Positions 43,089 through 56,736 of a stretch of 64,000 nt of DNA are shown piece after piece. The notes beneath the pieces are model-generated. The model saw only the letters and a list, made by a program, of their open reading frames with translations, ran no database searches and was not told where the DNA came from. The stretch's first letter is position 1, and each line of letters starts with the position of its first letter. This stretch comes from Eledone cirrhosa. Taxonomy: Eukaryota. Location: assembly GCA_964016885.1 (NCBI GenBank), contig OZ024753.1, positions 40,176,001-40,240,000 on the forward strand, in the 5' to 3' direction. A program made the position numbers and the translations under genes.

Positions 43089-44129
43089 GGGTTTGTGTAC
43101 ATGTGTTGTGTGTTTACGTGTATGTTTATATTATGTCATGTAATGTATCTGTGTGTGTGTGTCTGTGTATATGTGTGTGTGTGTTTACGTGTATGTTTAT
43201 GTTATGTCAAGTAATGTGTGTGTGTGTGTCTGTATGCATGTGTGTGTGTGTGTTGTGTCTATATGTATGTGTGTGTGTGTGTATATGCATGTGTGTGTGT
43301 ATCTATATGTATGTGTGTGTGTGTGTGTGTGTGCCTCTGTGAAAGTTGTTTTTTTCTGTTTACGATGGTTCTATAATTATTTGGTGAGATATAGAGAGAG
43401 AGGGGGAGAGGGAGATAGATAGATAGAGACAGAGAGAGGTGCAGTGTGAAGAATGAGAGTGACAGAGAAAGAAAGTGAGTTGAGTGTGAGAGGGTGAGGA
43501 GATTGTAATTTATATAAGTAGAGAGGGAGAGAAAGAGGAAAGGGCCAATTGTGTGTGGTGTGTGTGTGTGTGTATGTTTGGGTATTAGTGTGTTTCTATG
43601 TGTTTGTATGTGTCTGTGTGTGTGTGTGAAAAGGAGAATGGTGCGTAATCTATAGAGAGGAAGGAACAGAGATAGGAAAAAAAGGTAATTTTGTTTATAT
43701 GTGTGTGTATATGAGAGGAAGGGTGTGTGTGTATGTGTTTGAGACAGAGAGTGTGTGTGTGTGTATGTGTTAGAGAGAGTGTGTGTATGTGTATGTGTTA
43801 GAGAGAGAGAGAGAAAGTGTGTTTGTGTTAGCGAGAGAGAGAAAGTGTGTATATGTGTGTGTGTGTATGTGTGAGCAGGACATTGTTTGTGTGTGTGTTT
43901 CTGAGAGAGGGAGAGAGTGTGTGTATGAGTGAGAGAGAGACAGAGTGTGTGTGTGTGAGTGTGTATGTGTTAGAGAGAGAGAGTGTGTGTGTGTATGTGT
44001 TAGAGCGAGAGAGAGAAAGTGTGTTTGTGTTAGCGAGAGAGAGAAAGTGTGTATGTGTGTGTGTGTGTGAGCAGGACATTGTGTGTGTGTGTGTTTCTGA
44101 GAGAGGGAGAAAGTGTATATGAGAGAGAG

Positions 44130-44160
<31 letters not shown>

Positions 44161-44595
44161 TTCTGAGAGAGGGAGAGAGTGTGTGTATGAGTGAGAGAGA
44201 GTGAGAGAGAGACAGAGAGAGTGTATGTGTGTAAAATAAGGGGAGAGATGGAATCGGGGGCGGGGAATGGATATGTAGAGGGAGAATAGATAGAAATGGG
44301 AGGAAAATGTGTGAGTGACAGCGAGGTCATCTCGTTCAAAGGCGATTATATATACTTACCTCGACACACTGTGTGTGTATGTCTCTTTAAATATGTATGT
44401 GTATGTATAAACATGTGTATGTGTATGTATATGTGTGCTTTGGATCGGCGGTGGGTGTGCAATATTGCCCTTTTTTACTTTGCTTATGCTTTTTATTGCA
44501 GTTAGTTCAGTGTACACGTGTTTGTGTGTATATATACATTATACACGCTCACACACACATGTAGGTATTTTTGTATATGTAAATATACATATACG

Positions 44596-44770
<175 letters not shown>

Positions 44771-44776
44771 GAGGTA

Positions 44777-44864
44777 TCCTCTTGATAAGTCGGCAGACCT
44801 CGCAAGGACTCTATATCTTTGATATATTGTTTTTGTTTATGCCACGAAACTACGTAGTCGAGGA
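44777..44864 (+). ncRNA. Hammerhead ribozyme variant with U3-A8 core (UUGAUAA) and long stem II
   Basis: UCCUC-UUGAUAA-GUCGGCA...UGCCAC-GAAAC-UACGUA-GUC-GAGGA. 5-bp stem I, palindromic stem III, GUC at 44857-44859; starts just after (TA)n. Confidence 0.7.
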
Positions 44865-45095
44865 ATTTAGGAACAGTTTAGGTATGATACATTTTATTAC
44901 TAATTATATCTAAATGTTTCTTCTCTCTTCATAATGTATTTTTAACTCTGATACTGGTTCAGTCTGGTTCAAACTGAATTGGTCTGTCCCAGTCATTCAT
45001 TGAGCAACATCGGTGAAGTTGGCACCCTTAACTCACAGTTGGGTGCGGATGCATTCATGTATATATGTGTGTGTCCGCATATATCTGTGTGTTTC

Positions 45096-45440
<345 letters not shown>

Positions 45441-45625
45441 TTTAGCACAGCATCAACAAAGCTTTTGGTAGCAGCCAAGCTAACGAATTCAGTCTCGGTG
45501 TGCAACTAAGCACTCAATAGGGAATATTACCCTAGAGTTATAACATTACGTTTAGACAGCGACCGATAGACGGGCCGCAGTGAACATACCGACAAAGAAA
45601 ACCGAACTCAGGAAAAATTGACAAA

Positions 45626-45659
<34 letters not shown>

Positions 45660-45774
45660 AGAATATTTATATTTATATGTTTGAATATTTATATTTATAT
45701 ATTTGATAAAACTATAAATACGGAGGGTAGTACTAGACTAAAATTTGATCGTTTTAACACTTTGTATATATATT

Positions 45775-45857
<83 letters not shown>

Positions 45858-46139
45858 GTGTGTATATGTATACATAGGCACTGCAGCAACACAATCGATA
45901 ATGTTTTGGTATAGATAGGTTAAGATTGGTGGCTGATTAACACAACGATTCAAACATTGTCTTTCTATGGGATCACAAAAACACCATAATGTTCCCTCAA
46001 ATCAGCAAATGAAGGAACTTCTGGCTGGTTTCAGGCCTCACCATAACATGATAAGGGGAGGAGACGTTAGAAAATGCGATCTTATGGAAGGCTATGATGA
46101 CGAGTTGGTCATGTTATTCCGTTGACTCTAAAACTGTAA

Positions 46140-46330
46140 AATTGTTTCTACCTTTGGCACAAGGCAAGCAATTATCCCAGTGCATTACTGGTACTTTATT
46201 TTATCGACCCCGTAAGGATGAAAGGTAAAGTTAATCTCGGCAGGATTTGAACTCAGATCGTAAAGACCAGTAACTCCATGTTGCAAAGCATGGCGTCCGA
46301 CCCTCTAATGATACTGCCAATCCACCGCCC
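46140..46330 (-). mobile_element. S1 SINE with TSD
   Basis: Flanked by CTARAACTGTAAAATTGTTT on both sides. Confidence 0.9.
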
Positions 46331-46936
46331 TAGAACTGTAAAATTGTTTGACAACAGCAATAACAGGAACATTAGAAGAGACAGGACCTCATATATGTAT
46401 AGCACACCTCCCAAATTTCCCTCAAATTACCAAATACTCTTCAGAAAATGAGTTAGTATCATACAGCAAATCATTTTTAAAATCAATCTCAAATTAATCT
46501 CAATATAAAAATAAAATAAAAATTCAATTATAAAATTAGACGCTAGCTTCTTCCTACCCCCCCCCCCCCCCCCCGCCTCCTCAAAAAAAAAGAAAAGAAA
46601 AGAAACGAAGCGAAGGAAGACATGAATCAACAAGGATAAACTCTAAACATTGCCTGACATTTTAGAAATAGCAATCAAACATCACTCAATACCTCCAGAA
46701 TTATTGAATAAAAATAGTCTTAGTTAAACAAAGAATATAATGTTTAGTACAACAGTAACATCTTATTCATAGGTTCATTTAATCAAAGCTGACCTGGAAT
46801 TTGAGTAACAGCAATAACAACAATGAAGATAACACACTGGTATAACAGTTAATTATAGTCGTATATTATCTTGTCTTATTTGATAAATTAGGATTGTGCC
46901 AATAAAATATTACGTCTAAACTGTCGATTTAAAGAT

Positions 46937-47114
46937 AATTGTTTCTAATTTTGGCACAAGGCCAGCAAATATCCATTACATTACTGATACTTTATTTTAT
47001 CGACCCCGTAAGGATGAAAGGCAAAGGTAACCTCGGCGGGATTTGAACTCAGTGTCTAAAGGGACGTAACTATGCTGGAAAGCATAGCGTCCGTCCTTCT
47101 AATGATAGTGCCAA
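46937..47114 (-). mobile_element. S1 SINE
   Basis: Reverse complement of the S1 consensus. Confidence 0.88.
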
Positions 47115-47604
47115 TACTGTCTGGTTTTAGTATAAAATTGTCTCTACATTCTGTTACCAGGATTCGAACCATGTCTGCCCTGTGAGTATAAGCCATGTGG
47201 TTTTCCTCTTTATATATTACAAACTTCAGCTGTCAACATGGCTCTGCGAAAACGAAATGGGCGCTACCCTGTCTCATTTAACCAAACCATAAATTTATTT
47301 TTCATTTTTCCTCTAAAGAAAAAATAATAATAATAATAAATAAATAAAAAGAAAAAAGAAAACATAGGTGTGTTAGATTAACGAACCTTCTATAACGTCT
47401 TAGTAAATTCTTATTTAATAAAAAAAAAAAGCATTGTGTGAAGCTTTCTCATTGTAAATCTCGATTACAGCTACTTATATACTATTAACACTGATCCTAC
47501 TTACATGAGATATCACGGTGTTACATAACTGTCTAGTTTGCATGTCAGACAAATATTCAGTTAAATTTATGTTTAGCATATTAAAAGACAAATAAATAAA
47601 TAAT

Positions 47605-47750
47605 AATTGTTTCTACTTTAGGTACAAAGCCAGTAATTTAAAAAGGAGGGGAATGTCGATTAAATCGACCCCAGTGCATCGCTGGTACTTTATTTAACCA
47701 ACCTCGTAAGGACTAAAGGCAAAGCTAGCTTCGGCGAAATTTGAATTCAA
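47605..47750 (-). mobile_element. 5'-truncated S1 SINE
   Basis: Tail and core present, ending at the B box. Confidence 0.8.
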
Positions 47751-48399
47751 GACATAATAATCACGACTTCTTTCCCTTTTAAATTACAAAATAAATGGAT
47801 TCTCGATTGTTTCAGTAACGAGTATTACAAACATTTGACTTAGACTTAGAGGCTCCCGTGTCTTGAGACACATGAGGTAGTCAAAGTTTTCCAATAACTT
47901 ATGGTCAGATGAGACGATATTCAAATCTGTTCACCTCTGTTGTCGACTGCAAATCCAGACCTGCCAACCTTTAAAAACCCAAACGAGGAGTACCATGAAA
48001 AAAATTGCCCCAAAACGGGGAGAAATGAGGCAAAATTGGGAGATTTTACATAATGAAAGCTATACCCATTTTCACAAGATAAAACATCTCTCGCCCACCC
48101 CAAATCGGAGGGGAGGGGTGTGGGTGGGGGTTGAGAGCTCTGCAAATCCAAAGTCAATCATGATATTTAAGCAAAGTTCTGATACTATTATGGTTTGTGC
48201 TGTATGTCTGGAATAGGAATCGCAGGTTATACTCGAAATCAAAGTCATCTTGAACTGTGATCTTGACATAATGTCAAGCGATCTTGAAGAAAGGAATGCT
48301 CATCAATTAAATCAACAGACATTCAGATAGTTGTCGATGTTTCGGCGTGACAACAACGTGAAGCATACGTCAGGAATATTCAAAAGACTTCACAAAACG

Positions 48400-48560
48400 C
48401 CTCGTGAGTTGGAATGGCTCTTCCAGCGCATCTCCCTCACCATCCGAGGAAACACCTTCTCCATTCTGTCCACCGGTCTGTGGGGAATCCAGCACGTGGG
48501 ATCCCATTTGCTCACCATACAGATTAAGACATATAACCTCTCTTTTTCACAAAAAGTAAG
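48400..48560 (+). mobile_element. CRE-clade non-LTR retrotransposon 3' fragment (end of restriction-like endonuclease region)
   Basis: PRELEWLFQRISLTIRGNTFSILST matches the FQRxSxAxxRGN motif; homologous to 51665-51745 on the minus strand. Confidence 0.7.
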
Positions 48561-48617
48561 AATGTAGGATTGTGACAATGGCTAGCATATTCTTCGGATT
48601 CAAATCTGATAGAAAAC

Positions 48618-48718
48618 TGCCGTCGGGGTCTTTTCCTATTACCCACTCTACTACCCAAAGTATTGAGTACTCTGGTGCGTTATGGTTCACCTGGTTCCTT
48701 ACCATACTTCCTTCGTTA
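48618..48718. mobile_element. Family A partial copy (tail only)
   Basis: GCCGTCGGGGTC...TATTACCCACTCTACTACCC...CCTTCGTTA. Confidence 0.85.
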
Positions 48719-48746
48719 CATATATATATATATATATATATGATGA

Positions 48747-48950
48747 CAGATTAAAGTTTAAACAAAGAATCGCATCTTTCACCCTTAACGGGATCTTCTA
48801 AAGACTCCGTTAAGGGTGAAAGCAGCGATTCTTTGCTTAAACTTTAATTTGTTATTTTAATAAATATTTACTCTAGGATTCTTATATATTTGATATATAT
48901 TTATTCTTATCGAGCCCTCTTTGGATTTTAGTCTTCAAATTTATTATTAT
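48747..48950. mobile_element. Family D fold-back mini-element (other copies 11193-11362, 21642-21688, 49098-49276, 52188-52258, about 59317-59400)
   Basis: Palindrome 48747-48853 (ACAGATTAAAGTTTAA...TTAAACTTTAATTTGT) plus tail ending GAGCCCTCTTTGGATTTTAGTCTTCAAATTTATTATTA; all copies abut TA runs. Confidence 0.85.
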
Positions 48951-48993
48951 ATATATATATATGGGTTTTGTGTATGTCGATTGTCTCAGTGTA

Positions 48994-49100
<107 letters not shown>

Positions 49101-49300
49101 TAAAATAACAGATTAAAGTTTAAGCAAAGAAACAGATTAAAGTTTAAGCGATTCTTTGCTTAAACTTTAATCTGTTATTTTAATAAATATTTGCTCTACG
49201 GTTCTTATATATTTGATATACATTTATCCTTATCGAGCCCTCTTTGGATTTTAGTCTTCAAATTTATTATTATTACTATATATATATATATATATATAGG

Positions 49301-49348
<48 letters not shown>

Positions 49349-49750
49349 GGCTCATCATAACCAGCTTTATTCATACCCTATTACAATGTAGGTTAGTTAT
49401 TGAAATAGCAATGGAAATACCGCTTAGAACATATATAAAAAGATTTACAGACCATTGTTCTTGGCCTATTATAACATAGACTGTATGTAATCGCACATAC
49501 AATCACGCACGGCACACACGAACACGCACCCACACACTCATACACACTCACCCCCCCCCCCCCACACACACATATATATATACATATGTGTGTGTGTATG
49601 CATGACAAACGTGGCCTATCCATGAATATGTGAATATATATATTTATTTCTTATTTAGAAGCAAGGCACATATACACACACGCATATATATATAAAGGTT
49701 TGTCTGTTCGTGCTTATATATATGTGTGTGTGTGTGTGGGGGGGTGTATG

Positions 49751-49822
<72 letters not shown>

Positions 49823-49894
49823 TGTATATATATGAATATATATATACATATATATATATTTATATGTATGTATTTATGTATGTATGTATACATA

Positions 49895-50505
49895 TGTCAG
49901 GTCACCAGTTGGTGCTACTGGTAACATGTATTCCAGTACAACCTGTCTCATGGTCGGGTCGTTGGCGACTAAACTGGCAACCCCACCAAGGTTTCTTGGT
50001 GAGGAGGGTGACTTTGGACATCCTGCAGGACTAAAAACAAAACCTGTCAAAGGGCAAGGGAGCTCTTAAGAGTCAATGGCCATCCAAAATCACCGGGAGA
50101 GATGACCCCTTAGCCTTTGTCAAGGCAGAATTCTAGGAGAAGGAAAACTCTGATATAACACCTGCAACCCTGATGGTATCCAATGATGTTGACTTGTTCT
50201 TCTTTTTGGTAAATATCATCTTGGTTAAGAGAGTGGAACTGGCTTTGTGCAGTGCCTTTGCTCACTATAAAAGCTTCACAGCACAGGCATTGCTTTATAT
50301 CTGGAGATCTCTCTGCACTTGTCATCACATGGTACCATGGGCCCTGCACTATGTGTCAATAATGGTCACAAGTGTAGTCTTTGTACCAGAGTTTTCAAGT
50401 CGCTGGCTGGACTAAAAAGTCACATTCGTTCAGCGCATCGGTAGGGGTTCTCCTACATGGATATAAAGTAGTGGCCGTACTCGAAAACGAGTTGGCAGCC
50501 ACCAT
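49895..50505 (+). mobile_element. Internally deleted RTE element: 5'UTR-like part joined to C-terminal C2H2 knuckle and 3'UTR
   Basis: 50364-50444 translates to GHKCSLCTRVFKSLAGLKSHIRSAHR*. The upstream CTAGGAGAAGGAAAACTCTGA resembles a motif I recall from RTE 5'UTRs. Flanks are TATG/TA repeats. Confidence 0.6.
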
Positions 50506-50568
50506 GTATATATATATATATATATGTCTGTGTACATATGCATGTCTCCATGAATATATATATATATA

Positions 50569-50760
50569 TAGGAACAAGTATGACCCCCGACGGCAGAGGT
50601 CAAGCCGTTTCAACGGCTAATTCTGTCCAGAATTAGCCGTCGAAACGACTTGAGCTCTGCCGTCGGTGTCATACTTGTTCCTATTACCCACTCTACTACC
50701 CTAAGTATTGAGTACGTTGTTGCGTTATGGTCCATCTGGTTCCTTACCACATTTCCTTCG

Positions 50761-50763
<3 letters not shown>
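50569..50763. mobile_element. Family A fold-back mini-element
   Basis: Palindrome about 50569-50682 plus the standard tail; TA flanks. Confidence 0.9.
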
Positions 50764-50809
<46 letters not shown>

Positions 50810-50820
50810 TGTATATATTC

Positions 50821-50856
<36 letters not shown>

Positions 50857-51559
50857 GTATTGAATGTTTTCTCTATCTCAGCCGACATAATATCCATCAA
50901 ACCTCTCTCTGTATTTCTCTTGTTTTATTTATTACCAAGTATTTCGATATATCTCTATATATTATGCATTAACTCATGTTTTGAATAGAAGGGAGGACAT
51001 ACGTCCAACATATATCTTATTTATCGTTGAGGTTATGATAGCAAAGTCATAGAAGAGATGAGCTGGTGCGGAGGTGGTGTTGTTAGGTCAACATACACAC
51101 ACACACACCCATACACACACACATACGCACACATAGCAACGCACACACCAATATATACACATGCCCGCACATACAAACACACATATACATACACACACAA
51201 ACACACATATGCACACATATATTCACCTAGATATTTTATAGTATCGATTTCATGCGTTATTTGTAAAAGATTTTTTGGCGTCTTTTGTCAGGTAAAAAAA
51301 TAATCACATAATAACTTTTAAATCTTACATTTTACCTAATTACACAAAGCAAATCGATTGACAAGACACTAGACCTCATTTGCTTATCCACTCAGGTGGG
51401 ATTCGTAAAGTCAGATCAAGGAAACAATGTTTCCATTGGTCTTTAGTTCGTGTGTATGTGTAAGTATATATATATATATATGTATGTAAAAGGTAAACAG
51501 AAATAACAACACAATCGGTCCAGTATATAGAAGGAATGTATTAGGTATATTCCTTTCAT

Positions 51560-51925
51560 AGGAGGGGAACTTTCTATGGAGGCGATGCCACCCGGTTATC
51601 TACTTATTTAAATATGACAAGTAACCGAATTCAACTAACATATTCTTCTCTCCCCACAGCCCCACACGGACAGGATGGAGAAGGCGTTTCACCGGAGGAC
51701 GGCAAGGGGGACGCGCTGGAAAAGCCACCCCAACTCGCGGGGCTCACACCTGCGGCTGGCCAACTCAGCGCCCATGGTGGGAGGAAACCCAAGGGCCGAG
51801 GACACCAGAAGTCTCCACTGCCAACCACAGGTACAACCACAAACCTGTCGGAGAGCGACCGGTATTTGAGGAGTTTGACCTCCTCAGCCCGGTGTGCAGC
51901 AGAACCTGGGTTTCGATGATATTAT
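51560..51925 (-). mobile_element. CRE-clade non-LTR retrotransposon 3' fragment
   Basis: Minus strand with frameshifts: PGSAAHRAEEVKLLKYRSLSDRFVVVPV / VETSGVLGP / MGAELASRRCEPRELGWLFQRVPLAVLR*NAFSILS. Confidence 0.8.
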
Positions 51926-51947
51926 TTACCGGCCACCACTTCTGGCC

Positions 51948-52068
51948 GAAGGAGCAACGTGAAATAAAATGTCTTGCTCAAGGATATAACTCATCGCCCG
52001 GTCCTGGAATCGAACTCGTAATATTGCAATCGCCAACCCAATTTTCTAACCACTAAGCCACCCACCTT
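51948..52068 (-). mobile_element. 5' half of an S2 SINE; its 3' part lies at about 51402-51444
   Basis: GAAGGAGCAACGTGAAATAAA...CTAACCACTAAGCCAC; the tail GGAAACAATGTTTCCATTGGTCTTT lies ~500 bp to the left. Confidence 0.8.
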
Positions 52069-52254
52069 TACTAATTACAAGTGCAATTTAACGGTTGCTC
52101 AACGTAGAACAAAAATAGCAGCTAAATCTCCTTTGAAATGGAAGGACACAATAAGAGTGGACTTGTCATATATATATATATATATATATTAAAATAACAG
52201 ATTAAAGTTTAAGCAAAGAATCGCTGCTTTCACCCTTAACGGGATCTTCTGAAA

Positions 52255-52360
<106 letters not shown>

Positions 52361-52536
52361 TAAAAAAATAATGAATAAAACAATGAAACAGTTCCTTATA
52401 TTAAACAAAAAAACAGTTCCTTTTCATTGCATCTCTTCTTTCCATGATATCCGGATTACATTGAGTTCTTCATACGGATTGGACACTACCGTAAACTCTT
52501 GGTAGATTTATCTACATATATATATATATATATATA

Positions 52537-52635
52537 TAGGGTAGAAGAATGGGTAATAGGAAAAGAGTCAGGCTCCGACGGATTTAGCTGTCGAAACGGC
52601 CGGAGCTCTGCCGTCAGTGTCCTGACTCTTTTCCT
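52537..52635. mobile_element. Family A variant subfamily fragment
   Basis: AGGAAAAGAGTCAGG...GAAACGGCCGGAGCTCTGCCGTC...CCTGACTCTTTTCCT, similar to 881-1060. Confidence 0.75.
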
Positions 52636-53033
52636 TTATATATATATATATATAAGTGTGTGTGTGTGTGCTTGTATGCAAGTGTGTGTGCTTGTATGCG
52701 TGTGTGTGTGTGTATATGGGTGTGTATACATACACACACACACACTCACACTCACAGAAACACAAGCATATATATAACCGAAAGGTATGCCTGACAAAAA
52801 ATTGTCGAGAGAACCGGTGTAGTGCAATGATGGAAGCAGGTGCTGTTATATTCTTCTTTGATGTGAGCGGTATGACATGTGTTGTCGGCAGTTCTGTCGA
52901 CTTTACCAGCTCCGTGACTATTTGTTCACAAATGTTTATTGTGATCAGATGGAGGCGACACTGACTTACTTACTAATTGTTGAGTAAGTAGCGAAAGCAT
53001 TTCGTGCTTACTATGTCCTTTTTTATGTAATTG

Positions 53034-53115
<82 letters not shown>

Positions 53116-53127
53116 TGTGTGTGTATA

Positions 53128-53166
<39 letters not shown>

Positions 53167-53177
53167 TATATATATAT

Positions 53178-53330
53178 ATTACTCTTTTACCTGTTTCAGC
53201 CATCCGGCTGAGGCCATGCTGGGGCACCGCCCTTGGTTAAAGGTTAACCGGGAACCCTACTCCCTACCAGGATCGAACTTCAGACCAGAATCACCACTGC
53301 CTATGATTCCTCCAACTAGGCCACGGAGGC
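53178..53330 (-). mobile_element. Short tRNA-headed SINE of a third family
   Basis: Minus-strand head GCCTCCGTGGCCTAGTTGG...AGTTCGATCCTGG; tail CCAGCATGGCC.CAGCC..ATGGCTGAAACAGGTAAAAGAG. Confidence 0.6.
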
Positions 53331-53869
53331 AACTATATATATATATTTGTTTTGCAAGGTTTTTGATATGAAATCTTTACTATTCTTAATGCTGAAGAAC
53401 AACTACATAAATGGCGATTAGGCCTATGTTCTTGTAATTAAATTTGATTAATTAATAATTGCTCGTAATTTCATTATAATATTCCGATTAATTTAATTAA
53501 AAGAACATTTTAACACACCAGTAAAGTACATGGTGTTACATCATTTTGTGTGTAAATAATTCATATATTTATGTGCTTGAATGGGGCAAGGGTGAATATC
53601 TGAAATTTTCTATACTTTGGTGCTTACTGGTGTTAAAAATAGTTAGTTCGTATCTTTGTTTACGATATATTGTAATAACCAAACATAGTCCTCTAAAGGA
53701 ACATATCCAGAGCTTTGTTTGATGTATTACATTGTGTATCAGGGTGGAGTACATACACTGCGCACATGCTTATATATATATCTGTGTGTGTGGGCGGGTG
53801 TGGGGGTGGGGGCTGGGTGTATGTATGTATGTATATATATGTATATATATATATATATGTATATGTATG

Positions 53870-53913
<44 letters not shown>

Positions 53914-53962
53914 AAAGGTATCCAATATGAGAGTAAGCGCTCAACCGTTAAGGAGCAAGTTA

Positions 53963-54234
53963 ATGTAGGAGGTGAGTTTTATTGTAGTACAATAAAGCAA
54001 TGCAGATATCGGATAAGAAGCACTCTACAGTTTGTAGGACTGTTTTATCTGATGAAAACACAAATATTATTGCATGATGATATTTGTTTTTGAAATGCGA
54101 ATAATAAAATTCATGGAACTCTTTTAACCATCTTTTGTTCTTATATATTATGTATACTCCAGTCCTACAAATTGTAGAGTGCTTCTTATCCGATATCTGC
54201 ATTGCTTTATTGTACTACAATAAAACTCACCTCC

Positions 54235-54239
<5 letters not shown>
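53963..54239 (+). mobile_element. Fold-back element enclosing a hammerhead (54043-54109), homologous to the pseudo-LTR of the PLE at 62637
   Basis: Arms of ~80 bp (53963-54042 and 54160-54239). The loop TTTTATCTGATGAAAACACAAATATTATTG...GAAATGCGAATAATAAAA...TTTAACCATCTTTTG matches the reverse complement of 62641-62745. Confidence 0.85.
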
Positions 54240-54282
<43 letters not shown>

Positions 54283-54744
54283 GATAGATGCAAGGATAGA
54301 AACAAACATGTAGATGAAATGATGTATATATCCATTTGTGAGAGTAATGAGTGAGAAGGAATAGAAGAGAGGGAGAGAGAGATATAGAGAGGGGGGAGAA
54401 AGAGAGAGAGAGTGGGGGTGGAGGTGGGGGTGGGAGAAAGAGAGTGTGGTGGGTGTGAGTGTTAGGAATATTAAGAACACTAAAATAAAGTGACCAAAAA
54501 TGACATATATCAATAAAATAAAGTAAAGAAATTCCTTCCATCTCACCCTCTCTCTTTCTCTCTCTCTCTCTCACTCTCTCTCTCTCTCTCTCTCTTTCTC
54601 TCGCTCTCTCTCTTTCTCTCTCCCTCTCTCTCTCTTTCTCTATCTCTCTCTCTCTCTCTCTCCATCTATATATCTAACTATTTACCTACCTACCTATCTA
54701 TCTATTTATTTCTCTCTCTCTCTCTATCTATCTATCTCTCTCTC

Positions 54745-54778
<34 letters not shown>

Positions 54779-54797
54779 GAGAGAGAGAGAGTGAGAG

Positions 54798-54888
<91 letters not shown>

Positions 54889-56651
54889 AAAGAAAAAAAA
54901 ACAATGATAAATAAATAAAGCCTTTCAGATGAACACAATTTGATAGACAGTCAGATTGGTGGTATACAGAAGCAATACTAGCTGGTACATCATCGCATCA
55001 TGAATTGGTTAATTTTCTTTGCTGCCCTAGCGTCTATTACTGAAAAGCAAAATGGAGTACATACGTATCTCGTCTGTCTGTCGTCACTTTCATTAAACCG
55101 CGCCATGTTTGTATGGTCAGACATCTTGTCTGTTTAGATATGTATACAAATATTAAAACGCAAGGCCGCAAGTGATAACAGGATGATGCCTAAAATGCAC
55201 CGAACAGGCACCGATAAATGTCTTTGGATAACAAAATAAACTTATGGGAATTCCCTGCTATTTTTTTTCGTTTTTCGTTTTTTTTTGTTTTCCACTTTTA
55301 TATTTTTAAATATTTATTTTTCATTTTTGTTTAAGCTTTTTTGGGAGGGGGGTTATTTTTTCAGTTTCGTTTTCTTTCACAGATTCTCACAGCTATATAT
55401 ATGTATATATATATATGTATATATATATATGTATTTATAGATATATACATACATATATACAAATATGTATATATGTATGTAGGTAAGTATGTATGCAGAA
55501 ATTCATTTATGTATATATGTAAGACTATTTTTAATTGTGTATATATATATATATATAAATATATAAATTTATATATGATTGTGTGTGCGTGTGTGTGTAT
55601 CCAGGCACATATATTTATTAATGTATGTATATATACCTATGTGTGTATATATACGTTCCGTTTGTATGTAACTGCCTTCCTGTCTGCATGATTAACCGTT
55701 TGTTTATGCCCTGGGCACAATAAAGAAGTGCAACGTCGCTTCGTGATAATCTTTTTAGCACCGGTTAAATCAAGATAAACTCTCTTTTATATATACATGC
55801 ATAGCTATATATATATGTATATAATATAAATATATATGTTTGTGTGGGCATGTGGGTGTCTGAGTGTCTGTGAGTGTCTGTGAGTGTATGAGCGTGTATG
55901 TATGAATGTATGTGTATGTATTTGTGAGTGTATATGTGTGTGTGTGAGTGTGCGTGTGTGTGTGTCTGAATTTGTGGCGGTATCTTATGATTCTGACTGA
56001 TTATATAAAATCTTATCTAATTTACGTATTAGAGTGTACATCAAAAGGTAAACTTTGAGTTTATTCTTAATGTTTTAACATTTACCAAATCGCTCGGTGC
56101 ACAAAATTTCTATAAACACGCACACACACACACACACACACATACATACGCACACATACACGTTCGAGTATTCCTTCATCACCATCTTCTTCTTCTTCTT
56201 CTTCTACTCCTTCTTCTCCTTTTCTTCTTCTCCTTCTTCTTCTTCTCCTTCTTCTTCTCCTTCTCCTTCTTCTTCTTCTTCTCCCACTTCTCCTCATCTT
56301 CCCTTCTCTTCTTCTTCTCCCACTTCCCCTCATCTTCCCTTCATTTCCCCATGTCTCTCCCCCATCTCACTCTATCTCCCCGCAAGAATTGGGCTATATT
56401 CAAACATGGAGATAGATAGGTTCCACGCTATTTAAAACGACTCAAAGATGTATGTTACGAACGTGTTCCTATAACATCGCCGCGAAGAGTTGAGCGCCCA
56501 ACTATATATATATATGTATATATATACATACATATATATATATATATATGTGTGTGTATGTGTGTGTGTGTATAATTACAAATACTTATATAACACATAT
56601 ATAACCTATATATGTATATATATATATATATATATATACTCACACACACAC

Positions 56652-56723
<72 letters not shown>

Positions 56724-56736
56724 ATATATATATAAA

